DNA from: Candidatus Thorarchaeota archaeon
Lineage (GTDB): Archaea > Asgardarchaeota > Thorarchaeia > Thorarchaeales > Thorarchaeaceae
Assembly: GCA_011364905.1 (NCBI GenBank)
Contig: RDNZ01000008.1
Coordinates: 1 to 64,000 of the forward strand
Length of the DNA stretch: 64,000 bases
Direction of reading: 5' to 3'
A program made the position numbers and the translations under genes. The notes under the pieces are model-generated. The model was not told the origin of the DNA, did not search any database, and was given only the letters and a program-made list of their open reading frames with translations. Below are positions 46,501 to 51,635 of the stretch, one piece after another (the first letter of the stretch is position 1; each line of letters opens with the position of its first letter).

Positions 46501-49212
46501 GTGGTCAATTTTGATGTCCTTCTTATACTGGAAGTTGACTGCCTGTTCGCCAAGTGTCAGAAATAGCTGTGGATTTTTCTGATTGTTATATTGAGTTTTA
46601 ATCCATGCATCCGATCTTGCAGTATTTGAAATCCGAACCTCATCAACTATTGCATCGAGATATGACGTTCCACCTGGGTTATCGGACCTGCGGCCAATTC
46701 TAACCGGTCGAGCTGGGTCGTTCGTAGATGCTGGGATCCCGGTTGTCACCTCATCAACTAGCTCACCATTCAGGTAGAACCTGGCAAAGACTGAAGGGTA
46801 GAAGACTCCAACAACGTGGTACCATTGACCAGCATCGACCCGTTCATAACCAACAGTGTTGGTATTTACACCATCTGGGCTATACCGAAACATGACCCAC
46901 CCTGAAGGACTAATGGAAGAATCATCATCAAAACTGATGTCCCATCCTCGATAACCTGATTCGCCGGACTTGACTACAAGATAGTCATTATCTATGAAAT
47001 TCGCCTTGAACCAAGCTTCAACGGTGAATGCTCCAGTCATCTGCAATTCTGTTGGATCTCCAAAGTCTATGTAGTCATTCACGCCCTCCAGATCGATGGC
47101 ATCTCCAAAATACCCGCCGACGCTATCAGTAGAAGTCATTGTTCCATACGTCGTCCCGTCAAGATTGTGGGATGTGCTATCCACAATCTGAGGTTGATGC
47201 GGTAGATAGTCGGCTTGAGAAGAGTCCCACTGTGGTTGCGAAGGGTTGTCATTCAGATGCCAGACAGCAGAATAGCCCGAATCCCATACAGCCTCCGGAT
47301 TCTCTTGGCTTCCAAGATTCTCATCACCATAAACCATGACAATTGTTGTGTCTTCTACTGACGACAGATGAGGAGCTTTTACCCAACAAACCAGATGTGC
47401 ATTCGTTCCATCTCCCTGCTTGTCAAACAAATCCAAATCGTATGGAATAACTTGACCATTATACAGAAATGCGATATCGTCACCATCTGGTTGCGCATTA
47501 AGGTGAAGGTCCTGGTCCCATATATCTACAAGGACCGGGAAGTCTTGAAGATCCGAAACAACTTTGGTGTGGTCGATGACGATGTTCTTGCTAAAGCTGA
47601 AGCTGGGGATTGTATCAGATGCTTCTGAATCAGTGAAATCTACGAAAAGCCTGGCGAGGTCTGCTTGCGCAAATCCTGATGAGCCCTTTATTTGGTTGTA
47701 CGCATATTGCTGGTTCGAATATGCATAATCAATCATTATACAGATGTAATTGCCCCTCTGCCAACCCGGTCGTGAAACAACCTCCTGGATAAGGGATGAT
47801 ATATCCGGAGTGTCATACCTCCCATTTGCTGTCCACGTTGTAGGATGCCAATATACGCTCGTGTTCACCCAATCATACCTGTCTGGAAGAAGGGGGTACC
47901 CACTGGTGAAGGCAGCAACATTGTCTTCATCAGCTACGTAGACACGCATTCCTGGAAAACCAGTTGAGTCACTTACTGCTTCCACTCGCAGGTTCGCTGA
48001 AGTAATTGATGCTCCTTGAGGTACATACAGTGGAAACTGAAATCCAACTTGATACGCAAAGGCATCACTCCAATCGCTTCCAAAAGTCGTGGGAACATCA
48101 GCACCAACATCCAACCACCCATTATTACCGTAGCCGTCGAGATCGACTCCCCCAGACCCCCCATTTGAATCAGGGGCACTATAGCAGTCTCTGTTAATGC
48201 CATCTGGAACATATGGATTCACACTCCCTTGTGTTGAACCAGTCACGCGAGCACCATTAGCAAGAAGATCAATCTGCTCAGGAAACGGACGTACAGAGAG
48301 TCTTAGCTCTATCTCATCGATGAACACCTCATGATCTGCAGTACTGGGATTGCCATTGATATCTGTCCCAAGTCCTATATTGAAAAGTAATGCAGTCGTT
48401 ACTGGCAACGACTCAAAGTATGATGAAGGAACCGTGGCACTAGCCTGAAGCCATGTGTCCATAGGTGTACCAAGCCCAAACACGTGGTACTTTGAAACAT
48501 AGCCCTCAAGACTAGTTGTGATGAATACCTCATCATTCAGAGTAGAGGTGCTTGAAACATAATATTGAAAGCTAATTTCTGCTGAGTAGACATTCCTCCA
48601 AGGAATGGGGACCTGTTGACTCATATAGAATCCGTTGGTGGGATTGACGGTTGCCCCGCTATCTAGATTACCATCGAATCTCCAACCTGAACTCGCATCA
48701 TACCCAGCACCAGCTACGCGATTGATTTCAAAATAGCCATGCTGAGGGTGCTGGGTCCCACTGGGAACTGCGTCATTCTTCACAAATGTCCAAGCATCCG
48801 GGATAAAGAAGGGGTCGTAGTTATACTCCGGATGGTCTGTAAGAAACCAATGTTCCTCATGGTATGTATCGAGTTTTGAATTGACAAGCACATCATCGAC
48901 CCACATCGAGAGATGGTCAAGATCTGCTTCTAATCCCTCGGAACTCCAACCTAAAGGCGGATCAATGCCAACAAACGCTGTGTGCGAATAGTCAATTACA
49001 GAAGTTCCGCTTGCAACACTCAGCCCGTTGATGGTTCCAGGCAAGGGATTTCCATTCCCTGAGTTGGTGTCCTGCCAATCACTAGGGACAAAATAATCTC
49101 CTCCAGCTATGGGATTTTTATTAAATGAAAACCCATCATTGGTTATTGGACCACTTGCGAATGGGACCAAGAAGATTATAACAAATGCAAGAGCAATCCC
49201 TGCCTTTTTCAT
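31543..49212 (-). CDS. Giant single-pass cell-surface protein (5889 aa): signal peptide, head, 7 DUF2341-led modules (mostly with LamG), Ig-like stalk, TM helix, cytoplasmic tail with 1 helical repeat
   Basis: MKKAGIALAFVIIFLVPFASG signal; repeated K.I.IDH.KV..DL..FPVL and VWHL.E...IDEVRVS modules; TM at ~32260-32320; ATGA overlap with the downstream paralog. Confidence 0.88.
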   Translation of the reverse strand: MKKAGIALAFVIIFLVPFASGPITNDGFSFNKNPIAGGDYFVPSDWQDTNSGNGNPLPGTINGLSVASGTSVIDYSHTAFVGIDPPLGWSSEGLEADLDHLSMWVDDVLVNSKLDTYHEEHWFLTDHPEYNYDPFFIPDAWTFVKNDAVPSGTQHPQHGYFEINRVAGAGYDASSGWRFDGNLDSGATVNPTNGFYMSQQVPIPWRNVYSAEISFQYYVSSTSTLNDEVFITTSLEGYVSKYHVFGLGTPMDTWLQASATVPSSYFESLPVTTALLFNIGLGTDINGNPSTADHEVFIDEIELRLSVRPFPEQIDLLANGARVTGSTQGSVNPYVPDGINRDCYSAPDSNGGSGGVDLDGYGNNGWLDVGADVPTTFGSDWSDAFAYQVGFQFPLYVPQGASITSANLRVEAVSDSTGFPGMRVYVADEDNVAAFTSGYPLLPDRYDWVNTSVYWHPTTWTANGRYDTPDISSLIQEVVSRPGWQRGNYICIMIDYAYSNQQYAYNQIKGSSGFAQADLARLFVDFTDSEASDTIPSFSFSKNIVIDHTKVVSDLQDFPVLVDIWDQDLHLNAQPDGDDIAFLYNGQVIPYDLDLFDKQGDGTNAHLVCWVKAPHLSSVEDTTIVMVYGDENLGSQENPEAVWDSGYSAVWHLNDNPSQPQWDSSQADYLPHQPQIVDSTSHNLDGTTYGTMTSTDSVGGYFGDAIDLEGVNDYIDFGDPTELQMTGAFTVEAWFKANFIDNDYLVVKSGESGYRGWDISFDDDSSISPSGWVMFRYSPDGVNTNTVGYERVDAGQWYHVVGVFYPSVFARFYLNGELVDEVTTGIPASTNDPARPVRIGRRSDNPGGTSYLDAIVDEVRISNTARSDAWIKTQYNNQKNPQLFLTLGEQAVNFQYKKDIKIDHNKVAADLTGFPVLIDIYDSDLHSKVQPDGDDIMFTSNGRSLPHELELFDQQYNSTHAHLVAWVRADISSVSDTIISMYYANSAMGAKESPEEVWRNQYQGVWHLGESPSVGKPAPQIIDSTYNNNDGTTYGTMLEEDKVPGLIGNAIDFDGSNDYIDCGDTASLAVGYNDFVMSLWFATSDLDAPLANKGAIGTDAYRYMLSVTSSGTIKAEIDDNSASPGKISIYSASALNDGLWHYAAMVREGNLLHLYIDGSEVPTSPVDITGYGSINSIEPFLIAACDNYDNAGAPNLFLSAKIDEVHVLSSTTTSEWILTEFNNQNNPSSFYSIGIEQEVTVPQEVPLGFMYKKDIVIDHTKVTADLYGFPVLIDLFDSDLRFDVQSDGDDIVFVKDGWILPHEIELFEQSYNSTHGHLLAWVRTDLSASSDTVLSMYYGNPNSNSLENPHGVWDTSFAAVWHLSEDPADTVYDSTSNSNDAVGLPIGTEPTLQTGKFDGCSEFYGEGTNERIEAPHSTSLVLSSDMLVEAWVHTNNTDPTSDVIVAKWGAVGHRNYWLGKLDSSTFAFYVDNTQSVTAPISLVNDGKWHHVVGVANAGTSELLLYVDGVERNSAPYSGTTQTGTSVLQIGNNPGSTGFIQEWDGRIDEVRVSSSYRSPDWITTEFNNQNDPESFYTVKEETMLGETYEFSRQITVTTGSEPVTAGYSTSVTFDHAALVASGKSQADGDDMRIMYWNGFSLIELDRVLDSDSSWDSAATKVWFRIQSDIPSSTADDNYYLYYGDPSVSSPPDNHANVFQFYDGFESGDLNSWDGSYTDIGDSLSVTTEQANTGTYSAKGVVDNQAAAQAMIWKDFSDKTSLFARVHFYLPATFSTTDHVTIMQFVDTSPVWVNQLSLTIYSDMSLYLWNAIASEAYGYGTTSPISKGSWHMLEIQAKFSTTDGEARLWVDGNLEVEETGINLGSEGVNRFCTVFYWASPQTEPNTVYADDVFLRPYVSPEPTTSLGIEINQATQYNYEKDIAIDHTKVGTDLNDFPLLIDIFDADLRTKAQSDGDDIIFKSGEIILPHEIESFEQSYNDTHAHLVAWVKTDLSSSVDTVITMYYGNSVVGNQENVAGVWDSNYRGVWHLSENPTGPLYDSTSNSNDGTGYNLQSDDQVEGQIDGSIDFDNTQDYINCGNDTSLNVGSNDFSFSLWFNYDGVNMGTLAGKGAVLMAKRYRISIESGPGMLMAAIDDNTVAKNIYSTSTYGDNLWHLVSMIRDGNYLRLYIDGAEDPNSPIDITGYGSLDEVESFYINAFRSEIGGTLGYWSTANTDEVRVANTALSPEWIATEYSNQYSPSSFYTIGPEKTSQAEHQPNVNTAEFKYRKNLIVDHAMVAEDLTDFPMLIDIFDTDLRTDVQADGDDIMFKNGYTWCPHEIVYFDQTYNGTHAHLIAWVKTDLSSSIDTTITMYYGNPDLTNQENPSAVWGSYVGVWHLDQSPAGTVLDSTHYNNDGATLGSMSGSDLVQGQIGSGFELDGIDDMINVSESSSLDSIKSGGTLSIWINWVNSSDGGYQRIMTTSDRFILNPSPPPTLIQDDGFEWAVQPDGDNFFYPWGGNDIDYNLVTNPFTNNVWHHLVVTLDYSTKTVEIYLDGTQLILAIENVPTQWTQLASLGDWLWGGNQLDSASRFLGRFDEIQVSPAIRSSGWILTEYNNQYNPSSFYSIESEEQVSGNGYIFTTSSESSITVGTELSLGVQTSILSYADDFTQGTSFSIVNGSLPIWTANVMISPPPELEAVSFEISYPEGEWWPFSVASPSGVERTFAADWTCFDGKLIVGSTAIDEYGMWKIKFLDRNHVLDMQIGPSGGPYSTTGQFAVGENIQFHVWSSGTIGSTISLELTDPTGSTWYAGSTTFQGAGFTLPYYHRKYLAISHDNVMENLVNFPVLVDIYDTDLRTDVRADGRDIAFTIGEKTLSHEIELFDQTYNLTHAHLVAWVNVPVLSGSTDTVISMYYGNPLAPIVYDSGPVWDSGYLGVWHLSESGTGLLGEYRDSSQYKNDGQGGDGDSLFVPTQTVGKIGAGQEFNNLDGYYDFIDCGDSPLWDIDGYQITLEAWIQHDITPNTHVYGIMNHKGWYDGYALYINYGGGSTIKPTFSLPGDTHQLVGANDVTGGSWHQIVATYDGSLMRIYVDGVQDPNVLTKTNAIEPSSFEKDFWIGQGDQPQNKTWSAEWDGQIDEVRVSDVTRSAGWIQTQFSNQYNPSNFYSIGLEENIGYSESASINLDTSAPAGVWHATTRYSDSNSDVNLRTGIFDRTFIVKRGTSLSLTAPGDAILDGISTKLIGEQLYVEFDLQDTLTSTMVSGATVSMNWSVSGTPTDVQLNDYGDGRYGKTLNTSDLGGYGRWRLDVQASHSFYSDATDFLYLDLSHRTFMTYEPPNDTPYGDNFEIRLTLRDKFDSTPLTGATLSCNATILGIPTDYGNGTYLVTVDSTGFSSGEHTFRFIATPSTTYLLSSSIDVQFNYRPIATETIPLSPDAVEAPWGQQVNTSIYWFDIDHAGIGVDSSTISISPIVPIQVDETSIGNYLITIDVSSFMPGTYYFDLTCSKQNYQSSTTTISILILPHRTTPSVNYNSTIPVGTDVYFDVLWMDLDLDSVPVSPSNLTQVSLDWGTGSDSHSVLGFWVDTSGWAAGSYSINATISATASPRFYMDSYIIIHLEIRKLGVYVSWEPLEPFPNGNDFVMFVHVNVSEPDSPIDGTAIAGLDQTYFSARNETGGLYTFESFLNLGDGRYQITIDNTRFLEGQYEIIVFVDFQPTENYTDSSTTQVSFTYRPILTYLSSSNYPSVTTSFDTNVTITLSYVDIDHVQNITTGIMTSEGALIEWQHIGSGTYEVLIIVQGWDLGAHEVNITADASGYQAKTLTFQILVQIAYAYARSSVSIIDLPLGDTAVFYADYWDITHNEAIIGATLNHNWTYPLSISWTGDQYRIELPSIDTDSLGTYLVVLNFSKGPNYQFGYINISIILRTHLTEFRLASATEPTSYNAMVNISVYCGDLDNDLGIIDAPVNLSVYGDSGWISSTFKNDTTLGNGYYIISFAATNLGTSGIYDITVYFNWTGPVPKFYDNSVVSSVRIVGEASDLELIVSAEPTPYLENLSYTYFYSELYSGNGISNVSAPAGNVFIYVEFVSQSFSPSLFSIKEDSGNLGHYTIEFNSTIFAEPGVYTMVVHVNWTETQEPFYGNWTDTVSVRVIPRSTLINLVPPESTPYGVNATFSFSFDDIAGSGSYSIANSSQMRVTIGLADYSLTYNTSARQFHVSFNTSILGAPLGTRQFTIGVSWIGAPFYANLTGRNVIISVRYRETEFDYSTISPTAYGDNVTLHLTFNDITPGQSQTIDDGFITLYNGSGAIPVTEYSFMPLGNGEYDVELKTTYFTKPGTYTITVAMSTSHFYYDIVTASRTLSLRYRLTVLLIEPVEETAYNNSLQVVFHYSDVLTLSEIGNSSTPTTVWILNGSSWFFVSVWRGAPEDYLLTIDTHNQNLEINKEYVLWIQVSYPDSSPFYLSAEAFVSFTLQERATILEVTESPEPTQYLDSVDFAVYYQDSSSSAGIAGATITLAVGGTNLVEGIDYSLLSPFDGSYYISINTTVLGPAGSSVNLELGASWIDNEPYYSTSTLSLTLTVTERNSITEIVSSTTQVKFLENVTFTIRYSDETSGKAIQFSKDQLLIYNEGTLLSSNDFAMVYLGSGYEISINSSVLAAGLIDNQNITFYIDWHNTVAPYYADGRASSWVTVANRIGIVIRGATPTVPIYDNMTLNFTYVDDSNGAGINDAIVVFDCLSPSGLAEGTDFWIYRNSGDYSIFVDTTSLGSIGTFTFSLRLLWNPTVAPYYRNTTTIFLQGSVRLIQLQLTNEEPVPSTVPINDNVSVILNLQDLDHFVPISGAESLFSVEYKTNASGPYIWSITPISPGIYNLTVDCYDAGTTVTNALIITLALPDYQTVQVQVPFQIRLRQGELNELVSQKPYYSETTFVIVELVDTDANNTPISDATLSITWPDIGYTPYYTNLGNGQYNITLTTSSLDAGLYTLMVGALRSDYFISDISVPVEIQRIPTGLILPQTIPDVYWGDDISFWAIFNDTKAGTVISGATLTYQFGTLSGSLTEIVSDQGNYTVTVDTGNLVLASTYVISITATFNNYVTNTSQVIVNVLKLPTTVSIISSAQQEVFKGTPVNVTVYVNNTYRNIPLLGATVTVRWVLQGPQSISLSPIPAKDGYYTCFIDTNDFLVGQYSITIEASGTNYLRSVAPASIKVKQIATVLQLDALTSSYSGQSFNWSDTIRIGVYVLAPSLNESDPFSTGLANCTVLWSLSGTTFTGEFLNGTSMEGPGYFYFDFETWNYDVSTYTLRITAYPNIGMFAYSSNLTTLIIKPIETSVESTYLSPKIWGWTGWVDITYWDLLFDRGIAGATVLVEWDGGESTSTYVANGTYQVFINASLVSPGIYPVSVRFLMDNYKSGTGVFTLNVKEVPTDIAAFAPTINQIDHDVLNLQIPYGDTISLTLFYNDTWYNRGIMGATETKCVILGSSVPDGDNLLIEEITNGNYSLLIDTTRWTVSSDPYRLILNFHLTNWSRATLDIHLTIIDVPTALYIDPSSVTMNYGQVFSIWVLYYDTWEGHMNASIVGASINATSLDTRFVDVSLNQSDPSRPGWYEIRVRSNRAEGTALVSIILSKDNYVSISALVTVSVEPSEFDLLVEQAILFGVPIGAILLLGAVLWTRLFSVPKQLRAIRKMVRTIAKGKIPKPPDGVLSRQEIVANLFNDIAEPIGITKIASSMPSEPIASDVPEIEELLIQLSILSKLSPEELEDFKLDVSKMKLSEQVSFVKEVINQEAIKQARLERKPMEVILEETAAKARAVLAGEEIEVVVESKPLEERIIPPEVEEPEEAIPEPVEFEEVESAEMLDEDELKQIRKKLESVGIKGSELETIMDQARELPRSLAEELLRSILGKGGEEE
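39770..47600 (-). repeat. Array of ~330-350-aa DUF2341/LamG modules within the 5889-aa protein
   Basis: Module starts at about 47600, 46535, 45470, 44455 (divergent), 43475, 42425 and 40805. Confidence 0.8.
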
Positions 49213-49367
49213 ACTACCTGCTCCTAATTACTACCACTGCGATAGAACAGCATATTATCAAAATATCAAGAAATAAGATAATCTAGTATAGTTGAATACC
49301 GCTTTTTGGAAAAGAAGGCAAAAAATTGAACAACCGTGAATCTAAATGAAGACCCTTTTTGAATACT

Positions 49368-50000
49368 TCACTCCAGGACAAACTCAATCCTGTTTCTTTC
49401 AATCAACTCATTAAGAGCGGGAGGATTCAAAGGCTGAATGTCTTTTTTAATTTTTGATACTAATCTTGTTGTTTCCGGCACTAGCAACTCGCGCAGCGAT
49501 GCACATAAGAAGAGAGGGGTAATATCAAGACGTTTCAGTGGGTTTTCCAAAAGATTGAACCTTTCGAGTTTCCAACATTTGGAGATGGGAGATACATCCA
49601 GATTCACTAACCGATTCTTCTCCAGACTGAGCGTTACCAGATTCTTGCATTCAGAAATTGCAGAAAGATTGACTCTTAGAATTTGATTATGGCTCATATC
49701 AAGTTGCTCTAGATGGGTACAATAACGTAGCGAATCCAAGTTTACTATCTGTAGATTATTGTCGCTTACATTCAATTGCCGAAAGTTTGCGCAGAAAGCC
49801 AAGACAGTCAGGTCAACTGTCATTAAATGATTACCACAGAGATTCAGGTCTTCAAGATCATCAAGCTGGTCGAGTTCTGTCAGGTCGATAGCAACAATTG
49901 AGTTCTTTGAGAGATCGACTATTTTTGAGCTAGAGGAGATTTGGATTTCTTTATTGGTGCCATCTGATAGGGTGACATTAACTTCTATCACTTTCGCCAC
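49368..50000 (-). CDS. Leucine-rich repeat protein
   Basis: Tandem LxxLxLxxNxLxxVDLxxL repeats (about 6-7). Confidence 0.9.
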   Translation of the reverse strand: MAKVIEVNVTLSDGTNKEIQISSSSKIVDLSKNSIVAIDLTELDQLDDLEDLNLCGNHLMTVDLTVLAFCANFRQLNVSDNNLQIVNLDSLRYCTHLEQLDMSHNQILRVNLSAISECKNLVTLSLEKNRLVNLDVSPISKCWKLERFNLLENPLKRLDITPLFLCASLRELLVPETTRLVSKIKKDIQPLNPPALNELIERNRIEFVLE

Positions 50001-50165
50001 TCTTTGTGAAACTGGATTAGTTCACTTCGTCTTGTTAATTCTCACATTTCAATATATGGCGACTCACCTTAACTACGAATAAACTGGCACAGACTCACGA
50101 TATTCCATTCTTACTTGAGTATTTTGACATCAAAGCTTCTGTGTTCCTTGTCTTCAATGGTTTAA

Positions 50166-50183
50166 GAAAGATTTTAATATATA
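50166..50183 (+). promoter_or_regulatory. BRE/TATA-like promoter of first Ras-like gene
   Basis: GAAAGATTTTAATATATA; homologous element upstream of the paralog. Confidence 0.5.
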
Positions 50184-50248
50184 AGAATAGTAATTAATTA
50201 CACCTCATAGTGTTGATTATTATTGAGGAAGGCGTGGTTGTCGTAAAG

Positions 50249-51490
50249 ATGCAGATTCCGGGTACAAACATTGACGTAAGTCTCAAGGTCAATCGCATAT
50301 ACGTTGCAGACCCGGCTGTAAATCGAAGACTAAAATTCGCCGGTAGGTCCTTCAAAGAAATCATGGAGGAAGTACAACGATTTACCTACTTGCGAGGATT
50401 CAACGTTCCTCTCCCAATTCTAAAGTTTATTTTGAAGAGGATAGGCCTTCCTGAAGTCGATATAATTCCTGGAGAAGATGAGCTAACAAAGGAGGATCTG
50501 CTCGAACTCTCAAGAGCGTTGAATGTTCTCGATTCACTAAAGGATGAATTTCTCTCGCCAACTGGCAAAAGTGGCATTCCCGACGATATTCAAAGCACTC
50601 TAATACGTTCCTCTCCAGAGCTTGAAGACTTGAAGATGGATGTTCCAGCTCCTCAAGAAACAAGTATTTGGGATATTCCTGCAAGCGAGGAGGTCAAAGG
50701 GTTGGTCTTTTCTTTCCATGGTGAGAATATCCCAAGCACCTCCACGCCAAGAACACAATCAGCGGATGAAAACAAATCTGTGAAATTCATATGGGATGAT
50801 CCAGAGGTAGTTGCATCATTGGAAGATGTATCTCAAGATGAGAAATCAATGCCTGAGGGCGTACCCGAAATTCTCGACCTGAAAGTCCTGTTTCTTGGCG
50901 AAGAAGGAGTCGGTGTGAACAGCATTATCTTTGAGTCAAATCTGAAGCTTGGAAACGACTATTCTTCTCTTGATTTACCCCCAACTAGACCATTCACATT
51001 CAGCAACATAATTGAGCGAAACGATGCAAATGTTAGAGTTGATGCTTGGACATTTCAGAAGAGTACTGAGGCAAAAGTTCCAAAGACGGAGTTTTACACT
51101 GGATCTGGAATTGTTGTGCTGGTTTATTCGGTGGCAGAGCGATGGAGCTTCGACAGCCTTGACTTCTGGATTCGAGAAGTTTCTAACGCCTTCCTTATAC
51201 CACCACCGATAATAGTCGTCGGAAATAAAACCGATCTCCGTGATCATCCAGTCTATGATGATGATGATGAGGTTGAAGTCCCAGTTTCAACAGAAGAAGC
51301 CCGTGAGTATTGCGAAAAAGTCGCAAAGACGCTTGGGGAAAATGGACAGTCTCATCCGCTGTTCTTCATTGAAACCTCAACAATAACGGGACAAGGAATC
51401 ACCGAGCTATTGAATAAAATCATCGACTTTTGGCAAAGCAATGAGCGCCCAAGCATGCCAGCAACCGAGCAACACGCACCAACACTCTAA
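50249..51490 (+). CDS. Ras/Rab-like small-GTPase-fold protein with N-terminal extension; degenerate G1/G3 (pseudo-GTPase)
   Basis: LKVLFLGEEGVGVNS, VLVYSV...SFDSL..W, IIVVGNKTDL, FIETST.TGQGI.EL. Start placed at ATG 50249 by alignment with the paralog. Confidence 0.85.
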   Translation: MQIPGTNIDVSLKVNRIYVADPAVNRRLKFAGRSFKEIMEEVQRFTYLRGFNVPLPILKFILKRIGLPEVDIIPGEDELTKEDLLELSRALNVLDSLKDEFLSPTGKSGIPDDIQSTLIRSSPELEDLKMDVPAPQETSIWDIPASEEVKGLVFSFHGENIPSTSTPRTQSADENKSVKFIWDDPEVVASLEDVSQDEKSMPEGVPEILDLKVLFLGEEGVGVNSIIFESNLKLGNDYSSLDLPPTRPFTFSNIIERNDANVRVDAWTFQKSTEAKVPKTEFYTGSGIVVLVYSVAERWSFDSLDFWIREVSNAFLIPPPIIVVGNKTDLRDHPVYDDDDEVEVPVSTEEAREYCEKVAKTLGENGQSHPLFFIETSTITGQGITELLNKIIDFWQSNERPSMPATEQHAPTL

Positions 51491-51568
51491 AGCTGGTTTC
51501 TTCAGGCATTGAATAGATAATCGAAGACTACATTTAATTCTCTCAACAAACAACCCCGCAAGATATCA

Positions 51569-51586
51569 GAAAAGTATTTAATATGT
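51569..51586 (+). promoter_or_regulatory. BRE/TATA-like promoter of second Ras-like gene
   Basis: GAAAAGTATTTAATATGT, matching the element at 50166. Confidence 0.5.
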
Positions 51587-51635
51587 TCAAATATTACATA
51601 ATAATTACTCTTGAGAAAGATGTGGTTGCTTAGAT

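Noticed and set aside
19601-49212. Giant proteins as RTX/Rhs/CDI toxins or diversity-generating retroelement targets
   Set aside because: No GGxGxD or YD repeats, no toxin tip or immunity gene, and no reverse transcriptase or TR/VR pair seen. The C-termini are TM-anchored.
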